Assembly: GCA_947629005.1 (NCBI GenBank)
Contig: CANRCD010000002.1
Span: 136,875-200,874, forward strand
Origin: an uncultured Clostridia bacterium
Lineage (GTDB): Bacteria > Bacillota > Clostridia > UMGS1883
Direction: 5' to 3'
Length of the DNA stretch: 64,000 nucleotides
The notes beneath the pieces are model-generated. The model had not been told where the DNA came from. It was given only the letters and a program-made list of their open reading frames with translations, and searched no databases. This document shows, in pieces, positions 47,105-57,228 of this stretch. A program made the position numbers and the translations under genes. Every line of letters starts with the position of its first letter. Within the stretch, counting starts at the first letter, position 1.

Positions 47105-48005
47105 GATTAACATAAGCGAAATTGAAAACGTAAAAATAGGCTCGGCTGAGGATGCCTCTGCCATGACGGGCTGCACCGTAATTATCTGCGAGCGCGGCGC
47201 TCCGGCGGGGGTGGACGTGCGCGGCGGCGGTCCGGCCAGCCGCGAGACCGAGCTATTAAGCCATCAGGCTACCTGCTCCGCCATACACGCTGTCCTCCTC
47301 AGCGGCGGCAGCGCCTTCGGCCTTGACGCCGCCGGCGGCGTTATGGAGTATCTTGAAAACAGGGGCGTGGGCCTCCCTGTGGGACCTACAGTCGTGCCGC
47401 TGGTCTGCGAGGCCTGTCTATTTGACTTGGGGATAGGCGACAGCCGCGTTCGTCCAAATAAGGAAATGGCGAAGCGGGCTTGTGAAAACGCGGAGCTTTG
47501 CCGCCCAAGGGGCGGTAAGCTTGTCGGAGCGGGAACAGGAGCCACCGTAGGCAAGCTGCTCGGGGCCGAATTCGCAATGAAGTCCGGCCTCGGGATGTAC
47601 GCCGTGCAGCTCGGAGATCTGAAGGTGGGGGCGGTGGTTGCCGTCAATGCCTGTGGAGATATTATCGACTTTGAGAGCGGCGAAATAATAGCGGGGCTTC
47701 TTTCTGATGATAAAAAGAGCTTTCGCGACAGCGAAAAAACGCTCTATGACATGGCGGAAATGCCGTCGGGGAACACCACCATCGGCGTGGTGATAACAAA
47801 CGGAAAGTTCACCAAGGCCGAAATGACCAAAATTGCACAGATGGCGCAGGACGGGTATTCCCGCTCGATACGCCCCGTTCACACAACCATGGACGGCGAC
47901 ACGGTATACGCCATGAGCGTGGGCGATGTTTCCTCGAACGTAGACCTTGTGGGCACCCTTGCGGCAAGGGTCATGGCCGCCGCCATAAGGAACGCCGTAA
48001 AATAA
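47097..48005 (+). CDS. P1/S58 (DmpA/ArgJ-like Ntn-hydrolase) family aminopeptidase
   Basis: …TGCTVIICERGAPAGVDVRGGGPASRETELL… is typical of the DmpA/NylC-like family. Confidence 0.7.
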   Translation: MREINISEIENVKIGSAEDASAMTGCTVIICERGAPAGVDVRGGGPASRETELLSHQATCSAIHAVLLSGGSAFGLDAAGGVMEYLENRGVGLPVGPTVVPLVCEACLFDLGIGDSRVRPNKEMAKRACENAELCRPRGGKLVGAGTGATVGKLLGAEFAMKSGLGMYAVQLGDLKVGAVVAVNACGDIIDFESGEIIAGLLSDDKKSFRDSEKTLYDMAEMPSGNTTIGVVITNGKFTKAEMTKIAQMAQDGYSRSIRPVHTTMDGDTVYAMSVGDVSSNVDLVGTLAARVMAAAIRNAVK

Positions 48006-48023
48006 CAAAAGGGAGGCGGGAGC

Positions 48024-48476
48024 ATGGGCGAGATACTTTCAAAAATACTGACTTATATTTTCGTCATAATAATCTATCTCTTTATCTACGCCATAATTCG
48101 TATGATATATTTTGATATCCGCGCCATGAACCGCAAAAAAAGCGGCGGCCTTGCCGACGCCTATCTTAAGCTGATAAACCTTCGGCGCGACCTTGACTTC
48201 AATATAGACGAAAGCTATGAGCTGGAGGACGATGAGGTCATAGGCCGCGGCGCAAAATGCACCCTTCGTCTGCCCGATAAGTATCTCAGCGTGCGCCACT
48301 GCCGCATATACAAGGCCGACGGCAGCTTCTTCATCGAAGATCTGGATAGTACCAACGGCACCTTCCTCAATGGCGACGAGCTGGGCGACGAGGCTGTGGA
48401 GCTTATTGACGGCGACAAGATATCCATCGGCCGCCTTAACTTCATCTTCGTCATGCCCAAGGGGGTGGACGAATGA
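48024..48476 (+). CDS. Transmembrane FHA-domain protein (FhaB/FipA-like architecture)
   Basis: N-terminal transmembrane helix, C-terminal FHA domain (…GRGAKCTLRLPDKYLSVRHCRIY…GSTNGTFLNG…). Confidence 0.75.
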   Translation: MGEILSKILTYIFVIIIYLFIYAIIRMIYFDIRAMNRKKSGGLADAYLKLINLRRDLDFNIDESYELEDDEVIGRGAKCTLRLPDKYLSVRHCRIYKADGSFFIEDLDSTNGTFLNGDELGDEAVELIDGDKISIGRLNFIFVMPKGVDE

Positions 48477-49759
48477 GCTATGCAAGAAGCATGAAGCCCC
48501 TGTTTTACATCATATTGCTCAACGCCGTGGGCGCAGCCCTCATCTCAATTTCCGGCGGCGCGCGGAGCCCCGAGGCCCTTGTGCTTACGGGGGCAATTTG
48601 CGTTGTGAGCATAATCTGCTACACTGTCGTCAGCTTCGCGGGCTTCGGAGACCCGTATTTGTTCCTCATAATATCCATGCTTGGCTCGGTGGGCGGCATA
48701 ATGCAGCTCCGTATCCGCACGGCCTACGGCGTGCGCCAGCTCAAGTGGTTTTTGCTGGGCACGGCCTGCTATTTTTTGGCCATGCTCATTTTCCTTGCCA
48801 TGCGCAAAATCCTGCCAAGGCTCACCCCGCTTTATGTGGGGGTGAGTGTGGCGCTGTACGCGGCCACGCTTGTTTTTGGCCGGACGTCGCACGGCTCGCG
48901 CAACTGGATAGTCATCGGCGGCGACAATGGGCTCTCCATCCAGCCAAGCGAACTTATCAGGATATTCTTTGTGCTGACGCTGGCCGCGATTTTCACCGCG
49001 CAGCCGGATAAAAATAGTAAAAAAAAGAAAAAGGCCGACGGGGATAAGCCCTTCGGTCTCCGCCCGAACGCCGCGCGGCTGTTGTCGGCGTCGGCGGTGA
49101 CGGCGGTGAATTTGGGCTTCCTGCTGCTACAGCGCGAGTGGGGGATAGCGCTGCTGTTCTTCGCCACTTACTTCTTTTTCATTTATGTATACGGCGCAAG
49201 CCGCGGATATCTGCTGCTCAACGCAGCCGCGGCGGTGGGTGTGGGAGCCGTGAGCCTTAAATACATGGGCCATATCCAGACGCGAGTAGAGGCTTGGCTC
49301 AATCCCTTTGCCGACGCCTCGGGAAAGGGATACCAGATAACTCAGTCCCTTTTTGCTATAGGCGAGGGCGGATTTGTGGGCCGAGGTATAGGCGAGGGCA
49401 GCGTATACTTCATACCCGAGGTCCACTCAGACTTCATCTTTTCCGCGATATGCGAGGAAATGGGTATTTTGGGCGGTTTCGCCATCGTCATGCTCTACTT
49501 TGTGCTGACATACCGCGGGTTTAAAATCGCGCTGGCCTGTACCAACCGCTTTAACAAAGCTGTGGCCTTTGGTCTCAGCCTAATGCTGGGACTGCAAAGC
49601 TTCATCATCATCGGCGGCGTTACAAAGATGATTCCCCTTACCGGCATAACCCTCCCGTTCATCAGCTATGGCGGCAGCAGTATGCTGACCACCTTCGCGG
49701 CCTACGGCATACTTCAGGCCATTAGCGCGCTAAAGGAGGAAACCACTGATGAACTCTAA
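48473..49759 (+). CDS. rodA: SEDS-family RodA/FtsW glycosyltransferase with a Lys-rich extracellular insert
   Basis: ATGA coupling to the FHA gene. SEDS motifs; insert …PDKNSKKKKKADGDKP…. Confidence 0.82.
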   Translation: MSYARSMKPLFYIILLNAVGAALISISGGARSPEALVLTGAICVVSIICYTVVSFAGFGDPYLFLIISMLGSVGGIMQLRIRTAYGVRQLKWFLLGTACYFLAMLIFLAMRKILPRLTPLYVGVSVALYAATLVFGRTSHGSRNWIVIGGDNGLSIQPSELIRIFFVLTLAAIFTAQPDKNSKKKKKADGDKPFGLRPNAARLLSASAVTAVNLGFLLLQREWGIALLFFATYFFFIYVYGASRGYLLLNAAAAVGVGAVSLKYMGHIQTRVEAWLNPFADASGKGYQITQSLFAIGEGGFVGRGIGEGSVYFIPEVHSDFIFSAICEEMGILGGFAIVMLYFVLTYRGFKIALACTNRFNKAVAFGLSLMLGLQSFIIIGGVTKMIPLTGITLPFISYGGSSMLTTFAAYGILQAISALKEETTDEL

Positions 49760-51164
49760 CAAAAAAATCGTCGTAACTCTGGTTTTCATGTGCGCGCTGT
49801 TCTTTTCAGTCTTTATATATCTGACGTATTTCCAACTTTTTAAGGCGGATGACCTCGTATCGTCAAACTATAACCGTCGGCTGTGGGAAAAGGAGGAAAG
49901 CGTGCTTCGCGGCTCCATTCTTGACCGCGGCGGCCTTGTGCTGGCTGAGAGCGAGGTGGAAAACGGCAGTCAAAAGCGCGTTTATCCTTACGGCTCGCTC
50001 TATGCACACGTTATCGGCTACAATACCCGCAGTTATGGAAAAACCAATCTGGAACTCAGCTTCAACGACTATCTTTTAAAGACTGAAAGCCTTACCGAGA
50101 TAATTCAGTATGGTATGGATATGGGCACGGAGAACGGTGAGCTCAAGCGCGGTTGCGACCTTATAACGACTATAGACCACGATCTCATGCGCACCGCCGC
50201 TTCGGCCATGAACGGCCGGAACGGAGCCGTGGTGGCTATTGTGCCCTCGACGGGCGAGGTAGTCTGCCTATATTCCGGCCCCAGTTTCGACCCAAACGAG
50301 GACGAGCTTGTAAAGAACTGGGCTGATCTTTCCGAGGACGAAAACAGCCCTTTCCTGCCCCGCGCCACAAAGGGCCTCTACGCCCCCGGCTCCACATTCA
50401 AGATAGCGGTGGCTGCGGCGGCGCTTGAAAATGGTTACGATGACTTCACCGTTGATGATGAGGGCAGCGTCAAAATCGACGGACGGGTGTTCCGCAATGC
50501 CGGCGGAAGCGAGTATGGCGAGATTGGCCTGCGCGAGGGCTTTAAGCATTCGAGCAACGTGTTTTTCTCCCGACTTGGCGTAGAGCTCGGCGCGGAAACG
50601 CTAAAGAAGGCCGCCGAGGACTTCATGATTACGAAAAAGATACCCTTTGACATAGAAACAAGCGCCTCCGCCTGGAGCTACGGCTCCGACATGGGTAAAA
50701 CGGAGCTCGCCTCCGTGGGCATAGGTCAGGGTAAGCTGCTGACAACGCCGCTCAATATGGCGGTGGTTGCCGCCGCCGTCGCCAATGACGGAATTATGAT
50801 GAAGCCCTATCTGGTGCAGAGCGTGGTTTCGCCGAACGGAGTTTCCGTATACGAGGCCGAGCCCGAGGCCTTTGGCCGTGTGGCGCCCGCCGTGGTGACC
50901 GATGCTCTTGGCGATTATATGCTCGCCTGCGTGGAGAGCGGCACCGGCGTTAATGCGCGTATCCGCGGTATTGACGTAGCAGGCAAGACCGGCACCGCCC
51001 AAAACGAGCGCGAGGGCCGCGACCATGCGTGGTTTGTGGGCTTTGCACCGAAGGACGATCCGCAGATAGCCGTGGCGGTGTTTCAGGAGTACAGCGGCAG
51101 CAGCGGCGGAGCCGCCTGCGCGCCTATCGCACGGAAAATTATGCAGCAGTGGCTGGAAGGGTAA
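49749..51164 (+). CDS. Class B penicillin-binding protein (PBP2-type transpeptidase)
   Basis: SxxK (STFKIA), SxN (SSN) and KTG(T) motifs. Start overlaps the rodA end. Confidence 0.88.
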   Translation: MNSNKKIVVTLVFMCALFFSVFIYLTYFQLFKADDLVSSNYNRRLWEKEESVLRGSILDRGGLVLAESEVENGSQKRVYPYGSLYAHVIGYNTRSYGKTNLELSFNDYLLKTESLTEIIQYGMDMGTENGELKRGCDLITTIDHDLMRTAASAMNGRNGAVVAIVPSTGEVVCLYSGPSFDPNEDELVKNWADLSEDENSPFLPRATKGLYAPGSTFKIAVAAAALENGYDDFTVDDEGSVKIDGRVFRNAGGSEYGEIGLREGFKHSSNVFFSRLGVELGAETLKKAAEDFMITKKIPFDIETSASAWSYGSDMGKTELASVGIGQGKLLTTPLNMAVVAAAVANDGIMMKPYLVQSVVSPNGVSVYEAEPEAFGRVAPAVVTDALGDYMLACVESGTGVNARIRGIDVAGKTGTAQNEREGRDHAWFVGFAPKDDPQIAVAVFQEYSGSSGGAACAPIARKIMQQWLEG

Positions 51165-51173
51165 TAAGAGATA

Positions 51174-51207
51174 CAAAAAAAGCCGCTCAAAATGAGCGGC
51201 TTTTTTG
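51174..51207. terminator. Bidirectional terminator between the PBP2 gene and greA
   Basis: AAAAAAAGCCGCTC-aaaat-GAGCGGCTTTTTTG. Confidence 0.7.
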
Positions 51208-51211
51208 TGGT

Positions 51212-51688
51212 TTACCGTTCTATCGCCAAAATCTCATACGACGTAAGGCCGTCGGGAACCTCTATGCTCACGATCTCGCCCACCTTGTGGGAAAGCAGAG
51301 CCTTGCCCACGGGGCACTCGTCAGAAATTTTGCCCTCAAGCGGATTAGATTCAGTTGAGCCGACAATGGCGTAGATGTCCTCCTCGCCGTCGTCAAGGCA
51401 TTTTATTTTAACGGTAGAGCCAACGGTCACGGTGTCGGTATCTATGACCTCGTCATCAATGATTTTCACATTGACGAGCATACCCTCAAGCTCGGCTATG
51501 CGGCGCTCGATATAGGCCTGCTCCTCCTTGGCCTCGTCGTACTCGCTGTTCTCGGACAAATCTCCGAAGGAGCGGGCGCGCTTAATGGCCTCCTTGTTTT
51601 CCTGACGGCGCACCGTTTTAAGGTTTTCCAGCTCGTCCTGAAGCTTTTTGAAGCCGTCGGCTGTAAGTAATACCTGTTTTGCAGCCAT
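51212..51688 (-). CDS. greA: Transcription elongation factor GreA
   Basis: MAAKQVLLTADGFKKLQDELENLK…, 158 aa. ATG at 51688 with GGAGAGGTG upstream. The track ORF extends further 5' without support. Confidence 0.88.
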   Translation of the reverse strand: MAAKQVLLTADGFKKLQDELENLKTVRRQENKEAIKRARSFGDLSENSEYDEAKEEQAYIERRIAELEGMLVNVKIIDDEVIDTDTVTVGSTVKIKCLDDGEEDIYAIVGSTESNPLEGKISDECPVGKALLSHKVGEIVSIEVPDGLTSYEILAIER

Positions 51689-51740
51689 GTAAAAAAACAC
51701 CTCTCCATTCATTTGCTTTCTTATATCAAAAACTATTATA

Positions 51741-52430
51741 TTACAAAATCCCGCCGATGTCAAGACAAAAAATTTCATCTCCCGCTTCGGCCGTAACGCT
51801 GTCCTCGGGCAGGGGAAGGCCCGCAAAAGCGTAGAGCGCGGCGGTTGGCGTGAGGCCGAGAGCCGCGAGATGGGCGAGCGGCCCGCCGTTTATGACTGCG
51901 CGGGGAAGCTTCGCAAGCTCTATGGCCTCCACCCCAAAGGGCGGGCGGCCCCCGTCCGTCACGCAGAGCGCGCGCCGCCCTACGCGGCTGCCCGGCGCGG
52001 CTACGCGGCGCAGAATAAGACCCTTATTAAAATAAAGCCTGTCAAAAACGTCGCTGTCGAGCTCATTCGCGCTGATGACGGTGAACAGACGCGCGCAGTC
52101 GGCGCAAAGCTCCACTATTTCAGCGGCGAGCCGCGGCTCGGTGGAAATGAAGAGCTCGTCTAAGGGAAGAGCGGTTTTTTTTCGGAGCGTCTCGGGCAGC
52201 AGCGGCAGGAAGCGTTCCCACTCTGCGGGAATGGGCCGCTCTTCGGGAAAAAGCCCCCGAACCGAGGGCGCGAGCGCAACGCGGGTTACGCCCATTTTTT
52301 TAAGCTTTTTTACCGCTGCGGTTTTTTTTACGTAATAAATGTCGGCCGCCTCGGTTTGAACCTTACGCAGAGACGGCGAAAAAAGGCCGCCCTTTTTTTC
52401 GGCGGCGAGAACAGACAGCATTGGCATCAC
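51741..52430 (-). CDS. Hypothetical Ala/Leu-rich protein; function not recognised
   Basis: 229-aa uninterrupted ORF on the minus strand while the plus strand is fragmented. Several A6-T8 homopolymer runs in the 5' region. No motif I can assign. Confidence 0.45.
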   Translation of the reverse strand: MMPMLSVLAAEKKGGLFSPSLRKVQTEAADIYYVKKTAAVKKLKKMGVTRVALAPSVRGLFPEERPIPAEWERFLPLLPETLRKKTALPLDELFISTEPRLAAEIVELCADCARLFTVISANELDSDVFDRLYFNKGLILRRVAAPGSRVGRRALCVTDGGRPPFGVEAIELAKLPRAVINGGPLAHLAALGLTPTAALYAFAGLPLPEDSVTAEAGDEIFCLDIGGIL

Positions 52431-52476
52431 CGAATTAATTATACTCGGCGGGGCGGCGTAAAATTCGCTTTTGCTA

Positions 52477-52505
52477 TTTACAATTTTAAAAAAATGTGTT
52501 AGAAT
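52477..52505 (+). promoter_or_regulatory. Sigma-A promoter TTTACA-17-TAGAAT for the 52539 gene
   Basis: Exact spacing, AT-rich context. Confidence 0.45.
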
Positions 52506-52538
52506 AATATAGATGTCTTTAAAAAGCGAGGAACCGAC

Positions 52539-54485
52539 ATGAAGAGATTATTAGCTGCTATGGCGGCTTTGGCCGCGCTTTTCGCGGCGGGCTCGGCTTA
52601 CGCCCTCGGCGTCAGCGTGAACGGCGAGGCCGTCCGCTTTGGCGCGAGCGACGGCGCGCCGTTTATCGAGAACGGACGCACGCTTGTGCCGCTCCGTGCG
52701 GCGTCCGAGGCCTACGGCGCGGAGGTCGGCTTTGACTCAGCCTCGAATTCCGCCGTTGTAACCAAGGACGGCGTGTCGGTCACAGTCCCCATAGACGATA
52801 GCGTTATTTACGTGAACGGAGAGACTGTGACAAACGATGTGGCGGCGCGGATAGTGGATTCGCGCACATATCTGCCGATAAGGGCGGTGATGGAGGCCTT
52901 CGGGGCGGAGGTTGGCTTTGACGCTGAAGCTCAGACTGTAACGGTGAACGACGCCGACGTACTTTTTGTTCAGGCCATAGAGAATGGCCCCGAGGTTTCG
53001 CAGGCCATTGTATGGAATAAATGGAACGACGCCGTTACCGCACAGGAGGCCGGCGATTACGCCGCCGCTGTGGCCGGATACCGTGAGGTCGCGCCGCGCT
53101 TTATGAAAGAGGGCGTAAGCAATATGGCGCTGCTGTTTCAGCGCCTTGGCGAGTGCTATGGAGCGATGGGCGAATACCATAACGCCGCTGTGTGCTACGA
53201 GAGGAGCGCGCACTACTGGGATCAGGCTCCCGGGCAGGAGCAGACGGCCCTATATTACGCCGCTCAGGCGCGGTACGTTGATACCGACATCCGGCTGTAT
53301 CTCAAGAACGAGGATAAGAGTTATAAGCGGTCGAAGTATTTTGGCCTCCCGGGAGAGAACGCCCATGGCATAATCTTAGGCACCACCTATAATTCCAACA
53401 CCGCTTCTCTCACGGGCGTCCGCCACCCGCTGGAGCTGCAATATTTCGACTATGGCGATGAGTTTTCACGCCACGACTACTTTTTCGAGCGCGTTGCCGA
53501 AAATGACTTGATTCTCGAACTGGGCTGGCAGCCAAGGGCAGGTATGGCAAGTGTGACCGATACCGAATATATCATCAGGCAGGCCAAATATCTGGAAAGC
53601 GCTCCATGCACGATACTGCTGCGATTTGCCAACGAGATGAACGATACTACCTGCCCATGGTACACGACGGACTATAACCTCTACATCGAAAAATACCGCC
53701 TTGTGGCGGACATCTTCCGCAAGTACGCTCCCTCGGTGGCGCTTGTCTGGGCGCCTAATTTTTACCCCGCCGAGACGATTGACCTCTACTACCCCGGCGA
53801 CGAATACGTGGATTACGTGGGCCTCAGCACCTATCAGGAATACGACCCTAAGAACGATCCGCTCGGGCAGGGAATCGACCGCAGCCGATGGAGCTCCGTC
53901 TTAGATGGCGTGTATAACACCTACGGCAAAAGGAAGCCGATTATCGTATCCGAGGGTGGGTGCAGCTATGTGAGCAGTTGGACAGGCGAGGATATAACAG
54001 AGTTTTCGGCCCGCCAGATGGAGGATTTCTACACTTATCTGCCCATCAAGTATCCTAATCTTAAGATGGTCGTGCTCTTTAACAAGGAGGATGCCAGCGG
54101 TAAGCGCAAATTCATTCTTTCGGAAAACAAGACTGTGCTCGACGCATATATCCGCGGCATACAGAGTTCGCCGCTGTATATGAAGTACGTTGATTACAAG
54201 GCGCCCGATCTTTTCTACTACGAGCTTATGAACAACTTTACCGCTCCCGCCGCCCTTGTGGAGCTTTGCTCCTACGTGACGGCTCCGGTTGAAAAGCTTG
54301 ATTATGTGGTCTACACTGTGGACGGCGTTGACTATCCGGCTTACGCTATTCCATACTCGGTCAGCGTGGATCTTTCGGCATACGTGGACAGAAGCGTGGA
54401 CGTGCGCGTGCAGGCCTTTGCCGGCGGAACGGCGGTCTCCGACGAAACATTTAGGTTGAATGTCCGTGCGTCTCAGGCACATTAA
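52539..54485 (+). CDS. Secreted protein: copper-amine-oxidase-N-like stalk domains plus a clan GH-A (GH26/GH113-like) glycoside hydrolase domain
   Basis: Signal peptide, then …LVPLRAASEAYGAEVGFD… repeated. Candidate catalytic motifs RFANEMND (acid/base NE) and IIVSEGG (nucleophile). Confidence 0.7.
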   Translation: MKRLLAAMAALAALFAAGSAYALGVSVNGEAVRFGASDGAPFIENGRTLVPLRAASEAYGAEVGFDSASNSAVVTKDGVSVTVPIDDSVIYVNGETVTNDVAARIVDSRTYLPIRAVMEAFGAEVGFDAEAQTVTVNDADVLFVQAIENGPEVSQAIVWNKWNDAVTAQEAGDYAAAVAGYREVAPRFMKEGVSNMALLFQRLGECYGAMGEYHNAAVCYERSAHYWDQAPGQEQTALYYAAQARYVDTDIRLYLKNEDKSYKRSKYFGLPGENAHGIILGTTYNSNTASLTGVRHPLELQYFDYGDEFSRHDYFFERVAENDLILELGWQPRAGMASVTDTEYIIRQAKYLESAPCTILLRFANEMNDTTCPWYTTDYNLYIEKYRLVADIFRKYAPSVALVWAPNFYPAETIDLYYPGDEYVDYVGLSTYQEYDPKNDPLGQGIDRSRWSSVLDGVYNTYGKRKPIIVSEGGCSYVSSWTGEDITEFSARQMEDFYTYLPIKYPNLKMVVLFNKEDASGKRKFILSENKTVLDAYIRGIQSSPLYMKYVDYKAPDLFYYELMNNFTAPAALVELCSYVTAPVEKLDYVVYTVDGVDYPAYAIPYSVSVDLSAYVDRSVDVRVQAFAGGTAVSDETFRLNVRASQAH

Positions 54486-54528
54486 ACAAAAGAACAGGGC
54501 GGCTGAAAGGCCGCCCTGTTCTTTTGTT
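54485..54528. terminator. Bidirectional terminator with a long 19-bp stem, between the 52539 gene and ftsK
   Basis: AACAAAAGAACAGGGCGGC-tgaaag-GCCGCCCTGTTCTTTTGTT. Confidence 0.75.
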
Positions 54529-54542
54529 TATAAACGCCGCTC

Positions 54543-57203
54543 TCAGGCGTTGTCCTCGCCGGCGGCTTCCATCTCAAGCAGCTGACTGTGGGTTATAAGC
54601 ACCTCGCGGGGCTTGCTGCCCTCATGAGGACCAATGATTCCGCGCTCCTCAAGCTGATCGATAAGCCTGCCGGCGCGGGCATAGCCCACCTTAAGTCTGC
54701 GCTGGAGCAGCGAGGCGCTGGCCTGTCCCGCCTCAACCACGGCCTTTATGGCTGCGGGGAGCATTTCGTCGGCGTCGCCGGCGTTTTCCTCCTTGTCGCG
54801 GTCGGACTCTACGCCGCGCTCAATGTGCTCAATTACGTCCTCGTCGTATTTTGCGGTGAAATCCTGCTTTACGAATTCAACTATGGCTTCGGTCTCCGCG
54901 TCGGAAACAAAGGCGCCTTGAATACGGGTGGGGGTGTTCGCGCCCATCGGCAGGAACAGCATATCGCCGCGCCCAAGCAGCTTTTCGGCGCCGCCCATGT
55001 CAAGAATGGTGCGGCTGTCAATCTGATTCGACACAGCGAAGGCTATACGGCTGGGTACGTTGGCCTTGATAAGGCCGGTGATAACGTCCACCGAGGGACG
55101 CTGTGTGGCGATGACGAGGTACATACCCGCCGCGCGGGCCATCTGCGCCAGACGGCATATACTGTCCTCGACTTCCTTTGCGCTGACCATCATCAAATCG
55201 GCCAGCTCATCTACGATTATGATTATCTGCTCAAGTTTGCGCTCGCCGGTCAGTTCGGCCAGTTCGTTGTAGCCTGCCATGTTGCGTACGTTGTTTTCGG
55301 CGAATAGCTTGTAGCGCTTTATCATCTCCTGCACCGCCCAATTCAGCGCGCCGGCGGCCCGCCGCGGATCGGTCACAACGGGAATGAGCAGGTGCGGAAT
55401 ACCGTTGTAAACTCCGAGTTCCACCATTTTTGGGTCTATCATTATAAGCTTGACCTCGTTCGGGTCGGCCTTGTAGATAATGCTGGTTATCAATGAGTTT
55501 ATGCACACAGACTTACCGCTGCCTGTCGCGCCCGCTATGAGCAGGTGGGGCATTTTGGATATGTCGGCGATGATTACGCGGCCGTTGACGTCCTTGCCGA
55601 GGGCAAAGGCCGTTTTGCTTTTGAAGGCGCGGAACTCATCGGTGTCTACAACGTCTCTCAGCCGCACGATGGAGACCTTTTCGTTGGGTATCTCAATGCC
55701 AACGGCGGCTTTGCCGGGTATGGGTGCGATAACGCGCACCGACACGGCGGCCAGATTGAGGGCTATGTCGTTTGAAAGATTGACTATCTTGTTCACCTTG
55801 ACGCCGGCCGCGGGCGATATCTCAAAGCGGGTTATGGCCGGCCCTCTGGTGATTTCGTTGATTTTTGCCTCGACACCGAAAGAAGCCAGCGTTTCGATGA
55901 GCTTATTGCCCATGCGGAGTACGTCCTCCTGCGAGGTGGTGTCCTTGCTGGGCTTTTCACGGCCAAGCAGCTTCATCGGCGGGAAGGTGTAGGGGATAAA
56001 GTCGGTGTCAATCTCGTCGTCTGTGACTGGAATGGGAGTGGCGTCCTCCTTCTTGGAGGGAACGCCGCCGCTTTCGGCCATGGCGAGCTCCTCTATATCC
56101 TCGGGAACCTCGCCGTCGGCGGGAGGAACGTCGAACATATTAATACGCACCTGCCCGCTCTCGCCCGAGGGCGGGGTGACGAGATGAGGCTCCACTTTAT
56201 TGACTTCTGCGTTTTTTTCGCCCTCAGGGCGCTTTTTCTTTTTATTGCCGTTTTTGCCGGCGGCAGTCTTAGCCTTTGTTGGTGCGGGCTCGTCCTCGGT
56301 AATGAGTGAGGCGATTGTTTCGAGCAATCTCTTTTTTTCGTTTGATTTTTTTGTTTTTTTACTCTTTGCGGCCTTTTTAGTCACCTCTCCGGCGTGCTCG
56401 GGCAGTTCAAGAAGGGGCTCGCTCTCGCCGTCGGCCTCAGTCTCGGCTTCGGCGCGCTTTTCGCGTATGTCGTCTATCAGGCCGCGAATTTTCCCCGCGA
56501 GGTACAGGAAGGGCGCCCTGCCTGTAGCCACGGCGGCCAGCGCCAACATAAGCGCCCAAAGCAGCGCCGTTGTGCCAATGGGCGAGAGCAGGCGAATGAA
56601 AAGAATCGACGCGATATACCCCAATATACCGCCTCCGTTGCCGCCCTTGCCCGCGTTCACAATGTTAGAGAGCAGGTCGAAGGGGCCGGAATACTCATAG
56701 CGGATGTAACGGGGATTGTTCTCGATTGCAAACGAAATTTCGTCGGCAGTATATCCCTCGCCGTAAAGCGTGGGATTGAGCCTATAGCTATGCACGGTTA
56801 GCAGACCGGCCACGCAGACGCACGCCAAAATCGCCGCAATGAAGCGGTATGCGTTCGGGCTGAGCGTTCCTTTGATAAGCACGTGAAACCCTGCCAGCGC
56901 CGCAAAAACCGGCACTATGTAAGCCACCGGACCGAAGAAGAACATACCGAGATTTTTGATGAAGCTGCCGACCACGCCGAAAAACGGCGTATAGTAGCTC
57001 ATGGCGAGCATGAAACAGACAAAAACAAAGATTATAAGCCTAATCTCGCGGCTAAGGCGTGAATCGGACTTACCGCTCTTTTTCATGGGCTTCGCCGCCT
57101 TTTTTTCCGCCTTTTTCACGGGCTTCGCAGGCGAGACGGAGGCCGCCGCGCCACGAGGCTTGGTACTCCGCTTTGTGTTTTTTTGAGGAGTGGATTTAGC
57201 CAT
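54543..57203 (-). CDS. ftsK: DNA translocase FtsK/SpoIIIE
   Basis: Walker [10 protein letters not shown], gamma domain, N-terminal transmembrane region and a Lys-rich linker. Confidence 0.9.
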   Translation of the reverse strand: MAKSTPQKNTKRSTKPRGAAASVSPAKPVKKAEKKAAKPMKKSGKSDSRLSREIRLIIFVFVCFMLAMSYYTPFFGVVGSFIKNLGMFFFGPVAYIVPVFAALAGFHVLIKGTLSPNAYRFIAAILACVCVAGLLTVHSYRLNPTLYGEGYTADEISFAIENNPRYIRYEYSGPFDLLSNIVNAGKGGNGGGILGYIASILFIRLLSPIGTTALLWALMLALAAVATGRAPFLYLAGKIRGLIDDIREKRAEAETEADGESEPLLELPEHAGEVTKKAAKSKKTKKSNEKKRLLETIASLITEDEPAPTKAKTAAGKNGNKKKKRPEGEKNAEVNKVEPHLVTPPSGESGQVRINMFDVPPADGEVPEDIEELAMAESGGVPSKKEDATPIPVTDDEIDTDFIPYTFPPMKLLGREKPSKDTTSQEDVLRMGNKLIETLASFGVEAKINEITRGPAITRFEISPAAGVKVNKIVNLSNDIALNLAAVSVRVIAPIPGKAAVGIEIPNEKVSIVRLRDVVDTDEFRAFKSKTAFALGKDVNGRVIIADISKMPHLLIAGATGSGKSVCINSLITSIIYKADPNEVKLIMIDPKMVELGVYNGIPHLLIPVVTDPRRAAGALNWAVQEMIKRYKLFAENNVRNMAGYNELAELTGERKLEQIIIIVDELADLMMVSAKEVEDSICRLAQMARAAGMYLVIATQRPSVDVITGLIKANVPSRIAFAVSNQIDSRTILDMGGAEKLLGRGDMLFLPMGANTPTRIQGAFVSDAETEAIVEFVKQDFTAKYDEDVIEHIERGVESDRDKEENAGDADEMLPAAIKAVVEAGQASASLLQRRLKVGYARAGRLIDQLEERGIIGPHEGSKPREVLITHSQLLEMEAAGEDNA

Positions 57204-57228
57204 TATGTAACCTCTTTAAAGTTTATTA

